This document shows positions 1 through 9,780 of a DNA stretch of 64,000 nucleotides, piece by piece. Origin of the DNA: Candidatus Eremiobacteria bacterium. GTDB taxonomy: Bacteria; Vulcanimicrobiota; Vulcanimicrobiia; Vulcanimicrobiales; Vulcanimicrobiaceae. Position numbers and translations under genes: made by a program. The DNA is taken from NCBI GenBank assembly GCA_963737065.1, contig CAVTRC010000001.1, positions 2,240,001 through 2,304,000 on the forward strand, in the 5' to 3' direction. Every line of letters starts with the position of its first letter. Within the stretch, counting starts at the first letter, position 1. The notes under the pieces are model-generated. The model worked only from the letters and a program-made list of their open reading frames with translations, was not told the DNA's origin and did not search any database.

Positions 1-1974
1 ATCGCGGGTTGCGCAGTATTCGCATCGACGTGGTTGCGCCGTTCGCAGGTGCAATGGCGCCGCTCGAAACGGTCGCGCGAACGGCGTTGAAACTCTCCAA
101 CGACGTGCACACGTCGCTCGTGTTCACCAACGTGCGCAGCCAGGCGGAACGCGTCGCGCACGTGATGTCCGAAGCGATGGAAGAGATGGAAGCGCCGGCG
201 GCTTCTCCAGCCGAGGTTGCGGAGCCGAGGGTGGAGCACGTGTTAGAACAAACGCGGCCGCCGAAGAACCTTGGTTCTTTGGGCGTCCACCACTCGGCAT
301 TGGAACGGAGCGTTCGCCATCGCGTCGAAGCGGCGTTGCGCGCCGGACATTTGCATACGGTCGTCTGCAGTTCTAGTCTGGAACTCGGCGTCGACATCGG
401 CTTCATCGATCGCGTGCTTCTCGTCGGCGGCGCGCGCGGAATGACGTCGACGCTGCAGCGCGTCGGACGTGCCGGACATCGTCCGGGTGCAATAGCGCAA
501 GGAACGATCATCGCGCAGGATCGCGACGACATCATCGAAGCGGCGGCGACAAAGCGCTGCATCGCCGACGGCATCATCGACGAGGTCGCAATCCCGCAAG
601 CGCCGCTCGATGTGCTGGCGCAATGGATGGTGGCCTCCGTCTGTTACGACAAGCGGTTGACGATCGACGCCGTTCTCGCGACGGCGCGACGTGCCTATTC
701 GTATACCTCGCTGACGCGTGACGACGTGATCCGCTGCGCGCAGTATCTCTCGGGCGGCGGAGCCGGCGGTGATGAAGCGCACGTGCGCCGCCTGGGATTC
801 GACGGCGAAGCGATCTTCGGATTAGGCCGCGACGTCTGTTCGGCGTTTTTCGAAAACGTCGGCACGATCCCCGACGAATCGTCGGTTGTCGTACGCGTTG
901 ATGGTTCGGACATCGGCCGCGTGGAAGAGGGGTTCGTGAACGAACTGCGCGTCGGCGACGTCTTCGTACTCAATGGCCGCACGTTGCGCGTGAAAGAATT
1001 GAGCGCCTACGTCTGTCGCGGCGGAACCCTTCGCCGCGCGCCCGACCGTTCCGCAGTGGAGTTCGCATCTCAAAGGCATTCCGCCGCCGCTTGCGCGTGA
1101 AATCAACCGTTTGCGTGTCGGCATTGCGGAACGTCTGCGCCGTCGCGACGCCGGCGGCGCTTTAGATTTTCTGCGCGTTCGCTACGCGCTCGACGGTCCG
1201 GAGGCGGCGCACGTCGTCCGGTACATCGCACAGCAGCAAGCGCTTTCGGCCGTGCCCGGCGAGGGGCGGCCGGTAATCGAGATCTATCGCATGGACGCGC
1301 GACAAACCGCGGTGTTTCACACGTGCGCGGGCCGCCGCGTGAACGAAACGCTCGCGCGCATCGTCGGTGCGCGCGTATTCCGTATCGCGAACGCGAATTC
1401 ACAGATCACAACCGACGACAACGGCTTCTTGTTAACGCTGCCCGCCGGCAAAACGCTGCCCGATGCCGCATGGGCGGAGATGCTGCGCGTCGACCGTTTC
1501 AACCGCGACCTCATGGATGGTTTGCGCAGTTCGCACCTGCTGCGCAATCACTTCCGCTACGTCGCAAACACGGGATTGCTGGTCTTGCGGCGCGCGGCCG
1601 GGCGCGCGCTGCGGCGGGGAGCCCAAAGCTGGAACAGTCAAAAAATCTTCGATCGTCTTTATCGCACCGACCGCAGCTTTCCATTACTGCGTGAAACGAT
1701 CCGCGTCGTGACGCGCGACCTGCTCGACGCGCCCTCGGCACGCGAGTATCTGGAATCGATCGTCGAGGAGCCACGCGTCCTGCATCCGATCGCCGCATCG
1801 CCGTTTACGTTCGGCATCATTACGTCGTCATTCGGCGATTCGGTCGTGTTGGATGACCGCGCGACCATGGTGGAAGCACTGCACGACCGGGTCTTGCAAC
1901 TCCTCGGCGAACGCGCCGCGGCCGGCGACGAGCCGGTCGACGAACCGCAGCTGTCGCTGACGTGGGGAACATGA
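1..1974 (+). CDS. lhr: Lhr-family DEXH-box helicase (ligase-associated DNA damage response type), 5'-partial, one frameshift near 1010
   Basis: Motifs VFTNVRSQAER, HHSAL, SSSLELGVDIG, QRVGRAGH, PLDVLAQ and GTIPD in ORF 9..1100. The protein continues (PTVPQWSS...) in the frame of ORF 1111..1974. Confidence 0.85.
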
Positions 1975-2744
1975 ACGCACCGCAGCCGTCGGCCGAATCC
2001 TTTGAGCTTCTCCACGGCGCAATCGCATTGCCGCGCGGTGTACTGTGGCTTTCGTGCTCGAAAGCGATCGTGGCGGCCGACGCACACCTCGGATACGAAG
2101 ACGTCATCGGCGGCGCATTGCCGTTGTGGAGCACTACGGAGACCACGCAAACGCTGCTGGTGGCGGCACGTCGCATGCAGGCAGAAGAGATCATCTTCCT
2201 CGGTGACATCATACACTCGACTCGTATGAGTGCCGGCGCTGCACACGCAGTTGACGGTGCGCTCGAACTATTGCGTAAGGAGTTCCTCGTCACGCTCGTT
2301 GCGGGGAACCACGAGGGACGAAGCCGCGGCGTCGGGGTATTGGGCGAAACGCAAGAAGCAGTTGAACGCGACGGGTGGCTCTTACTTCACGGGAACGAAC
2401 CGGTACGCGGACGCCGCTGCATCATCGGCCATCTGCATCCGAGTCTTCCGCTCGATGACGGCTACAGCATCCCCGTCTTTCTGGCCGCAGCTCATCTCAT
2501 CGTCGTTCCGGCGCTTACGCCGTACTCGAGTGGGCTGAACGTCCTCTCCGCCGCGTGCACGGAAGCGTTGCGCGAGTTCGGTGAAACGAGCGACCTGATC
2601 GTCGTTGCAGCGACGGATGACCGCATCTATCCGTTCGGCAACCGTCAAGATCTCCAACGCATCACGCTACAAACGGCTCGCTACGATGAGTCGGCGCCAT
2701 TCACGACAGCGCCACGAAGGGCGTCACGGTTGCGTCATTGGTGA
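1971..2744 (+). CDS. Calcineurin-like metallophosphoesterase (ligase-associated endonuclease, PdeM/MPE type)
   Basis: ADAHLG, LGDIIH, GNHE and GHLHP motifs. ATGA overlap with the lhr stop. Confidence 0.85.
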   Translation: MNAPQPSAESFELLHGAIALPRGVLWLSCSKAIVAADAHLGYEDVIGGALPLWSTTETTQTLLVAARRMQAEEIIFLGDIIHSTRMSAGAAHAVDGALELLRKEFLVTLVAGNHEGRSRGVGVLGETQEAVERDGWLLLHGNEPVRGRRCIIGHLHPSLPLDDGYSIPVFLAAAHLIVVPALTPYSSGLNVLSAACTEALREFGETSDLIVVAATDDRIYPFGNRQDLQRITLQTARYDESAPFTTAPRRASRLRHW

Positions 2745-2758
2745 GCGTTAACGAACGT

Positions 2759-3081
2759 ATGGATAGGCAGCGAAAAAATTGACGCCGTCCGCGCCCTGTT
2801 CAAAGCCTGAAGAGTTCACGTTTACGAGTCCCTACGATGACCACATCGACAAAGCGGCGTACTTCAAACGTTGCTGGCCCAACAGCGAGCAAATCTTACA
2901 ACAAACGATTGAGTCAATCTCTCTCGCCGACGATGATGTGTTCGTCATATATCGCTGCAAAACGCGCGACGGCAAAGCCTTTCGAAATACAGAACTCCAC
3001 CACGTCGAGGCCGGCAAAATCAGAAGCGTCGAAGTGTTCTTCGGAAGAACCGACGAGGTTAAACCGACGATGGTTGTATGA
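2759..3081 (+). pseudogene. NTF2/SnoaL-like protein with damaged 5' end
   Basis: FTFTSPYDDHIDKAAYFKRCWP...FRNTE...IRSVEVFFG. The typical N-terminal helix (EKIDAVRALFKA) lies in another frame and a segment appears deleted. Confidence 0.6.
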
Positions 3082-3254
3082 ATGAGGTGGGGCCTCACCT
3101 CGGTACGGGGGCGTCTGATTTTTGCGACCACACAGGAGGTGTGTTTCAAAACTTGTTCCGCGCAAAAATCAGTCGAGCGCAAAAACTACACGGACGTCGT
3201 TTTTGCGCGTCCCCCGAACCGGGGTGAGGTCCCACCTCATTCATACAATCATCG
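3068..3254. repeat. Nested inverted-repeat element (MITE/REPIN-like)
   Basis: 44-bp terminal inverted repeats at 3068-3111 and 3211-3254 (4 mismatches) enclose inner IRs 3115-3126/3161-3172 and 3177-3186/3199-3208. Confidence 0.8.
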
Positions 3255-3272
3255 ACGGCCACCACAACGCGC

Positions 3273-3833
3273 CTACAAGCGCCCCAAACGCTCGAGTGCA
3301 GCATACGCAACCGCAATAGACGGCACCGCGCCAATCTCACCGGCACGTAGCCGCCGTGCGAATTCATCGACGGGCATCAGCGTAAACTCGACTTCTTCGC
3401 CGTCGTCGAGATGCTGCTCGTGCGTTCGCTTCGCGTCACGTGCAAGGTACGCGTGCATAATGGAATTCGAACGCACCGGGTCGGAGGGCGCGATCATCAG
3501 TTCTTCCCAGTCATCCGCGGTGAAGCCCGTCTCTTCGATTAGCTCGCGTTGCGCGCAACGTAACGGATGCTCTTGCTCTTCGATTGCACCGGCCGGCAGC
3601 TCCAGCGTGATGTCGTCGATGCCGTAGCGATACTGATACACGACGACGACGTGATCGTCGTGCGTGATCGCGAAAACGATGATGAATCCCGGTGATTCGC
3701 GGATGAAGTAATCGGTAATCCGCTTGCCGTCAGGCAGCTCGATTTCGTCCTTACGTATCTTGAGAAACTCCGAGTCGATCACCAACGTACGGGATCGCAC
3801 GTTCCACTGCGGTTTTTCCATGCGCCGTTTCAT
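3273..3833 (-). CDS. NUDIX hydrolase (ADP-ribose pyrophosphatase-like)
   Basis: Nudix box GAIEEQEHPLRCAQRELIEETG and QYRY motif. Start at 3833 or 3821. Confidence 0.9.
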   Translation of the reverse strand: MKRRMEKPQWNVRSRTLVIDSEFLKIRKDEIELPDGKRITDYFIRESPGFIIVFAITHDDHVVVVYQYRYGIDDITLELPAGAIEEQEHPLRCAQRELIEETGFTADDWEELMIAPSDPVRSNSIMHAYLARDAKRTHEQHLDDGEEVEFTLMPVDEFARRLRAGEIGAVPSIAVAYAALERLGRL

Positions 3834-3865
3834 ACCGCACGAAGCGTTTTGCGCCCCCCTCGCGA

Positions 3866-5473
3866 ATGAAACGGCCCGTGCAAGAGAAGGTCCTTGTAGC
3901 GGGCGGCGGCACGATGGGCGCGGGCATTGCGTTCGTCGCGGCACGCGGCGGTTATGCCGTAGAGCTCATCGAGCCCGACAGCGGCGCGCGCACGCGGGCG
4001 CAGGAACGCTGGCGCAAAGACGCAGAGCGCGCAGGCGATGCGGCGATCTTCGAACGTCTAACGTTTCTCGACGACGTCCCCGCAACAAGCGACGCGGCTA
4101 TTGCGATTGAAGCGGTGCCCGAACGGTTCGACGTCAAACGTCAGGTCTTGTTGAAGTTCGAATCCGCGCTTGCAAACGATGCGATCGTCGCAACGAACAC
4201 GTCGTCGCTCTCCGTCGATGAACTCGCTGATGTCGTCGATCATCCGGAGCGTGTCGTCGGTCTTCACTTCTTCAACCCGCCGGTCGCGATGAAGCTCGTC
4301 GAAGTGATTGCGGCCAACGCAACGTCCGATGATGTCCTCGACCGCGCGCACGCGTTCGTGGAGCGTCTCGGCAAGACGGGCGTCGATGTTGCCGATACGC
4401 CGGGATTTATCGTCAATCGTGTGGCCCGGCCGTTCTATTTGCAATCGATGCGCGCGCTCGATCTGGGCGTTGCGAGCGTACCGGAGCTCGATGCGCTCGC
4501 GCGTGCGGCGGGGTTTCGCATGGGACCGTTCGAGTTGATGGACCTGATCGGGATGGATGTCAACTTCGCAACGACCCTCTCGGTGTACGAACGGCTTGCA
4601 GCCGAACGTTTGACGCCGATCGAACTGCAGCGGCGGATGGTTTCCGAGGGACGTCTCGGACGAAAAACCGGGCAAGGATTTTACGACTACGCGGGAGGCG
4701 ATCCCGAGCGTATCGATCTTCGCGTGGAAGCGGCCGCATCCGAGGAGCGCAATGAGGACGAAATCGTTTGCGTCGTCGGCTTCGGGACGATTGCGGAGCA
4801 GCTGACCGAGATGCTGCACGAGCACTATGCGAACGTCATTGGGATTCACAACGATGAGGCGCTCGATGAACTTCCGCTCGACGTGACGCTCGTCGTCGAT
4901 GCCGGTGACGGCATGAGCGATCGTTCGTCGGTCGCGCGCTCCCTTGACTCGCTGCTCGGTCCGGACACGATCATTCTCGTGGATGCGTATGCGACCGATC
5001 TTTCGGAAACGACGAAACGCATGCGCCATCCCGAACGCGTCGTCGGCTATGGCATCGTCGGCGCGCCGGAAACGCAATACGCGGTCGAAATCGTCGACAG
5101 TGACATCGTCTCCGATGATGCGCTTGCGCTCGCGCAAGAGTTGTTCGAATCGATTGGAAAAGGCGTGTGTTTGGTCGAGAACGTTCCGGGTCTCTTTCTC
5201 GGGCGCGTCATCGGCGCGATCGTCAATGAAGCGGTTACCGCCGTGCATGAAGGCGTTGCGACGGCCGACGATGTCGACACCGCGATGCGTCTCGGCGTAA
5301 ATTATCCGCAAGGACCGATCGCCTGGGGGCGCGAGATCGGCGGGCGTCGCCTAACGCACATCTTGCGTCGAGTCGCCGAAGCCGAAGGCGAAGCATTCGC
5401 GCCGCATCGCGCGCTCTGGGTGTTAGACGTTCGCGAAGAGGAAGGAGCGGACCAGATCGATGCAGGGATGTGA
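3866..5473 (+). CDS. paaH: 3-hydroxyacyl-CoA dehydrogenase (PaaH-like, duplicated C-terminal domain)
   Basis: GGGTMGAGIA, ATNTSSLS, GLHFFNP, PGFIVNR and MGPFELMDLIG motifs, plus a second degenerate HADH module. Confidence 0.88.
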   Translation: MKRPVQEKVLVAGGGTMGAGIAFVAARGGYAVELIEPDSGARTRAQERWRKDAERAGDAAIFERLTFLDDVPATSDAAIAIEAVPERFDVKRQVLLKFESALANDAIVATNTSSLSVDELADVVDHPERVVGLHFFNPPVAMKLVEVIAANATSDDVLDRAHAFVERLGKTGVDVADTPGFIVNRVARPFYLQSMRALDLGVASVPELDALARAAGFRMGPFELMDLIGMDVNFATTLSVYERLAAERLTPIELQRRMVSEGRLGRKTGQGFYDYAGGDPERIDLRVEAAASEERNEDEIVCVVGFGTIAEQLTEMLHEHYANVIGIHNDEALDELPLDVTLVVDAGDGMSDRSSVARSLDSLLGPDTIILVDAYATDLSETTKRMRHPERVVGYGIVGAPETQYAVEIVDSDIVSDDALALAQELFESIGKGVCLVENVPGLFLGRVIGAIVNEAVTAVHEGVATADDVDTAMRLGVNYPQGPIAWGREIGGRRLTHILRRVAEAEGEAFAPHRALWVLDVREEEGADQIDAGM

Positions 5474-6635
5474 AGTGTTCGTTGTCGACGCGGTGCGTAC
5501 GCCGATTGGACGGTTCGGCGGTGCGCTCGCGTCGTATCGTCCGGACGATCTTGCGGCAGCGGCCATCGCGGCCGTCGTGCAACGCGCGCAGTTGCCGTAC
5601 GATCGAATCGACGACGTGTTCTTCGGTGCGGCAAACCAAAGCGGCGAAGACAATCGCAATGTCGCGCGGATGGCCGCGCTGCTCGCCGGATTGCCGGTCG
5701 AAGTTCCGGGCGTCACGCTCAATCGTCTGTGCGGTTCGAGCCTGCAAGCAATAAACTCCGCTGCGCACGCGATCGCGGCCGGCGAGGCCGACGTCATCGT
5801 GGCGGGAGGCGTTGAATCGATGAGCCGCGCGCCGTACGTGTTGCCGAAGACCGACAAACCGTTCGGCCGCGGTCAGCAGCTGTTCGATACCGTGCTCGGC
5901 TGGCGGATGACCAATCCGAAGATGCTGAAAGACTGGACGATCCCGCTCGGCGAAACCGCGGAAAACGTTGCAAAGAAATACGGCATCACGCGCCAAGAGC
6001 AAGACGAGTTCGCGTACGCGTCGCAGATGAAGGCGAAAGCGGCAATCGAAGCAGGCCGTTTCGATGATGAACTGATCGCCGTCGGCGACGTGCGTGTGGA
6101 CGAACATCCGCGTGTCGATACGACGCTCGAAGCGCTCGCGAAGCTGAAACCGGCGTTCGCGCCAAACGGCAGTGTGACGGCCGGCAACTCATCGGGGATC
6201 AATGATGGTGCGGCGGCACTCGCGCTCGCCTCAGCGCACGCCGTCCAGGAATTGAACCTCAGGCGTATTGCGCGTATTGTTGCAACGGCATCGGCCGGCG
6301 TGGCGCCCGATGTCATGGGACTAGGTCCGATTCCCGCGACGCGCAAAGCGCTCAAAGCGGCGGGATTAGCGGGCGGGGACCTCGACCTCATCGAGATCAA
6401 TGAAGCATTCGCCGCACAGTCGGTCGCTTGTATGCGCGAGCTAGAATTGGATCCGCAAAAGACGAACGTCAACGGTGGAGCGATTGCGCTTGGCCATCCG
6501 CTGGGGGCGAGCGGGGCGCGTATCGCAACGACGCTTCTTCATGAACTGCGCCGCCGCGGCGGCCATTACGGCCTTGCGACGATGTGTATCGGCGTCGGTC
6601 AAGGCATTGCAACCATTTTCGAACGGACGGAGTGA
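5460..6635 (+). CDS. pcaF: Acetyl-CoA C-acyltransferase (3-oxoadipyl-CoA thiolase, PcaF/PaaJ type)
   Basis: ANQSGEDNRNVARM, NRLCGSS, NEAFAAQ, GHPLGASG and MCIGVGQG motifs. Confidence 0.9.
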   Translation: MQGCEVFVVDAVRTPIGRFGGALASYRPDDLAAAAIAAVVQRAQLPYDRIDDVFFGAANQSGEDNRNVARMAALLAGLPVEVPGVTLNRLCGSSLQAINSAAHAIAAGEADVIVAGGVESMSRAPYVLPKTDKPFGRGQQLFDTVLGWRMTNPKMLKDWTIPLGETAENVAKKYGITRQEQDEFAYASQMKAKAAIEAGRFDDELIAVGDVRVDEHPRVDTTLEALAKLKPAFAPNGSVTAGNSSGINDGAAALALASAHAVQELNLRRIARIVATASAGVAPDVMGLGPIPATRKALKAAGLAGGDLDLIEINEAFAAQSVACMRELELDPQKTNVNGGAIALGHPLGASGARIATTLLHELRRRGGHYGLATMCIGVGQGIATIFERTE

Positions 6636-6638
6636 TCG

Positions 6639-8087
6639 ATGAGCTCGACGCTGGAAGCATCCGGTACCACCTACGAAGACCGCAATCCGGCAACAGGCGC
6701 CGTCATTGCGCACGTGCACGAGACGACGCGCGAAGAACTCGATGCGGCGGTGAAGTCGGCGCGCTCAGCGTTCGACGGCGGCAGATGGTCGAACATGGCA
6801 GCTTCGCGCCGCGCGAAGATCGTCTATAAGATCGCGCAGCTGATCGCCGAACGCGCGCAAGAGTTGATGATGCTCGAAGTCCGCGACAACGGCAAAGCGG
6901 TTGCAACCGCAAAGGGCGAGATCGGTGCGATCGTCGATTGTTTCGAGTTCTACGCCGGCGCTGCAACAAAGAATTACGGTGAAACGATTCCGCCGCCGCT
7001 GCCGACGTATCTCGCGAATACGGTCCGCGAACCGGTCGGCGTCGTCGGTGCAATCGTTCCGTGGAATTTTCCGTTGCTGCTCGCGTCGTGGAAAGTCGCG
7101 CCTGCGCTCGCCGCCGGATGCACGGTCGTGCTCAAACCCGCTCCCTCTACGCCGCTCACCGCAATCGAACTCGGGAAGATCGCCCTCGAAGCGGGCGTTC
7201 CTGAAGGCGCCCTCAGCATCGTTACAGGTTCCGGACGCGAACTCGGACAGTGGCTCGTCGAACATCCGCTCGTCGATAAAATTGCGTTCACGGGCAGTAC
7301 CGCAACCGGAAAGATCGTCGCAAAAACCGCGGCCGAAACCGTCAAGCGCGTCACGCTCGAGCTCGGCGGAAAATCGCCGACGCTCGTCTTCGATGACGCC
7401 GACATCGATGCTGCGGTCGCGGGCGCGCTCTACGGAATTTTCTACAATGCGGGTCAAGCATGCGAAGCGCGTTCGCGCGTGCTGCTCCATCGTCCGATAT
7501 ACGACGCGTTCGTTGCGTCGTTCGTCGAGCGCGCGCAAAATCTGCGCGTCGGAAATCCGGAAGACCCGCAGACGCACGTCGGCGCGATCACGTTGGCCGA
7601 ACAATTCGAGAAGATCAAGTCGTACTGCGAGATCGGCCGCAGCGAAGGTGCGCGAGCATTGATCGGCGGAACGCCGGCCGCGCTCGGCGACGAGTTCGCG
7701 AACGGAATGTTCTGGACTGCGACGGCGTTTGAAGCGCAACCGGGACATCGCATCGCGCGTGAAGAGATTTTCGGGCCCGTCGTCACGTTCACACCGTTCG
7801 ACGATGAAGCGCAGGCGGTCGTACTCGCGAACGACGGTGACTACGGGCTCTCCGCGAGCGTCTGGTCGAACAACATCGGACGTGCCAACCGCGTTGCGCG
7901 GGCGATTCGCAGCGGCACCGTCGCGATCAACACGCCGTATGCGGTCTTTCCCGGCGTGCCGTTCGGCGGGTATAAGCAGTCAGGGTACGGCCGCGAACTC
8001 GGCATGGAGACGATGCGGCTTTACACCGAGACCAAGAGCGTTCTAACGTACGTCGGAGAGAAAGCGATGAACCCGTTCGGCCTATGA
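6639..8087 (+). CDS. NAD(P)-dependent aldehyde dehydrogenase
   Basis: PWNFP, FTGST, LELGGKSP, catalytic NAGQAC, EEIFGP and PFGGYKQSG motifs. Confidence 0.92.
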   Translation: MSSTLEASGTTYEDRNPATGAVIAHVHETTREELDAAVKSARSAFDGGRWSNMAASRRAKIVYKIAQLIAERAQELMMLEVRDNGKAVATAKGEIGAIVDCFEFYAGAATKNYGETIPPPLPTYLANTVREPVGVVGAIVPWNFPLLLASWKVAPALAAGCTVVLKPAPSTPLTAIELGKIALEAGVPEGALSIVTGSGRELGQWLVEHPLVDKIAFTGSTATGKIVAKTAAETVKRVTLELGGKSPTLVFDDADIDAAVAGALYGIFYNAGQACEARSRVLLHRPIYDAFVASFVERAQNLRVGNPEDPQTHVGAITLAEQFEKIKSYCEIGRSEGARALIGGTPAALGDEFANGMFWTATAFEAQPGHRIAREEIFGPVVTFTPFDDEAQAVVLANDGDYGLSASVWSNNIGRANRVARAIRSGTVAINTPYAVFPGVPFGGYKQSGYGRELGMETMRLYTETKSVLTYVGEKAMNPFGL

Positions 8088-8395
8088 TCAAAATCGGAGC
8101 GTACTACGAGACGACCTACGGCACGCTGTGGAAAGACGGTACGTATTTTCCGCGCGGCACGCGCGTGCTCGTTGTCGGCGTGCATCTCGATCAAGGTTTT
8201 TGCGTGCGCTTTCCGGCGGAAATCGAGGACGAGCCGCTCGAAACGTGGGAAGACTGGGGCGAATCGTCATTCCTTGCTGATGAAGGCAGCGTTCAACCCG
8301 CCGAACCGATCTCGCGCGCGGTCTTGAGCGAAGCGCGCGCCGTGCTTTCCGATGCCGAAGACGGCAGCCACCTGCATCTTCACGAAGAAGATTAG
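8084..8395 (+). CDS. Small acidic hypothetical protein coupled to the ALDH gene
   Basis: 103-aa ORF with ATGA overlap to the ALDH stop and plausible composition. Confidence 0.65.
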   Translation: MIKIGAYYETTYGTLWKDGTYFPRGTRVLVVGVHLDQGFCVRFPAEIEDEPLETWEDWGESSFLADEGSVQPAEPISRAVLSEARAVLSDAEDGSHLHLHEED

Positions 8396-8853
8396 AACGA
8401 TAGCGTTACGCCGACCGTCCCCCAATATGGCGTACAGTCGTATTGCGTGCGCGGCAGCGGTGTCGGACCCGGTGTCGATGACGGTCCCGGAGTTGGCTGG
8501 AATGTTGCGCTAAAACAATAGGTTACGGTCGGTGTGAGGTTGCTGAAAACGGCTTTGCCCGGCCCCGGGCTCGCGTTGCTGAACGGCGCCGTCGTCTGCG
8601 TTGCGAGCGGCGTGCCGACGCTTCCGTTTACCGACGTCGACAGCGTGACCGTTTGATTCGGTAGCGGAGATGACGAGTAGTAGACGGACACAACCGCTGT
8701 CGATGCACTCGGGTCCGGCGACGGCGACGCGGTCGATGTCGGAATCGGCGTCGGTGTTGCGGAACCGAACAAATCGTTGACGTCGCCGTTGTTGCAAGCG
8801 GCAAGCGCGAGCGCTGTGGCAGCGAAGGCAAACGCGAGATAACGTTTGGGCAT
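8392..8853 (-). CDS. Pro/Thr-rich lipoprotein, hypothetical
   Basis: Signal peptide with lipobox (MPKRYLAFAFAATALALAAC) and PTP repeats. Confidence 0.75.
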   Translation of the reverse strand: MPKRYLAFAFAATALALAACNNGDVNDLFGSATPTPIPTSTASPSPDPSASTAVVSVYYSSSPLPNQTVTLSTSVNGSVGTPLATQTTAPFSNASPGPGKAVFSNLTPTVTYCFSATFQPTPGPSSTPGPTPLPRTQYDCTPYWGTVGVTLSF

Positions 8854-8872
8854 GGCGCGGTGGCTTCGACGC

Positions 8873-9703
8873 TTATGCCGATGCTGCCTGGCCGGTTGCA
8901 TCGAAGAAGAATCTCAGCGATTTCCGATCGATCGCGGCGTAATATTCGCGGAAAAGCGCGGCCGCCGTCGTGCCCGGCCAGTGCGCCGGAAGCAGCGTGC
9001 TCGGAAGTCCCGGATCAACATACGTGAACTTGCGATAGTCATGAACGAGCCATAAGCGCTCGACGAACGCCTCCTCTTGCGAGAGGCCTCCTCGTTCACG
9101 CTCCCGAGCCAAGCGCGGCTCGTACATATGAATGAAGTCCCGATACGCCGATGCGATCGCTTCAAGATCCCAACACTTACTCAGCAATTCGCGATCGCTG
9201 CGCGGACCCGCATAGTCGCTTACGAACAAGTCGATGTTGTCCGCGACACCTGCAGACTCGACGATCTCGCGAACGTCTTCCATTGCATCGCGCGGTGACA
9301 ACCAGGTGGACGAAGATAGCGGCGCCCAACCGAGCACGGTGAGTTCTTTGCGCAACCGGTCGCGCCGTTCGCGTTGCGCTTCGGCTACGCTGTAGGTCAG
9401 CATGCGCCAGCGTCCATCCCACTCGACGACCGGTCCGTAAATCCGAGGGCTCAGGCCTTCGATGCGCCGGCGCCCGCGGTCGGTCACGGCATAATAGGCC
9501 CGATTCCCGGTTCGATGCGCCGACAGCCAGCCTTGTCGCGACATCCGCGACACCGCCTGGCGCACGGCCGCTTCCGATAGACCGAACGGCGCCATGAGGC
9601 GGACGAGGCCGCCGATCCACAGTGATCCCTCGGTCACATGGCGGTGCACCAAGTCACCGTATAAGGTGAAAATGAAGGAATTGGGCCTTGTTATTTGACG
9701 CAT
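8873..9703 (-). CDS. paaX: PaaX-family transcriptional regulator
   Basis: SFIFTLYGD, AVRQAVSRMSRQGWL, WDGRW, WDLEAI and DPGLPSTLLPAHWPG motifs. Confidence 0.92.
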   Translation of the reverse strand: MRQITRPNSFIFTLYGDLVHRHVTEGSLWIGGLVRLMAPFGLSEAAVRQAVSRMSRQGWLSAHRTGNRAYYAVTDRGRRRIEGLSPRIYGPVVEWDGRWRMLTYSVAEAQRERRDRLRKELTVLGWAPLSSSTWLSPRDAMEDVREIVESAGVADNIDLFVSDYAGPRSDRELLSKCWDLEAIASAYRDFIHMYEPRLARERERGGLSQEEAFVERLWLVHDYRKFTYVDPGLPSTLLPAHWPGTTAAALFREYYAAIDRKSLRFFFDATGQAASA

Positions 9704-9780
9704 TCGTCGCTAATATATCACTGTTCTCACGGAAACCATTAAATCCGTCATAACGGGGCGTCCCGGAAAGGCGTTGCACC

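Noticed and set aside
3068..3254. CRISPR array or tRNA
   Set aside because: The repeats are inverted rather than direct, there are no spacers or cas genes, and no tRNA T-loop or acceptor signature.
9704..9780. PaaX operator in the divergent promoter
   Set aside because: No match to the TGATTC-type motif. Only a weak palindrome CCGTCATAACGG is present, which is insufficient to call.
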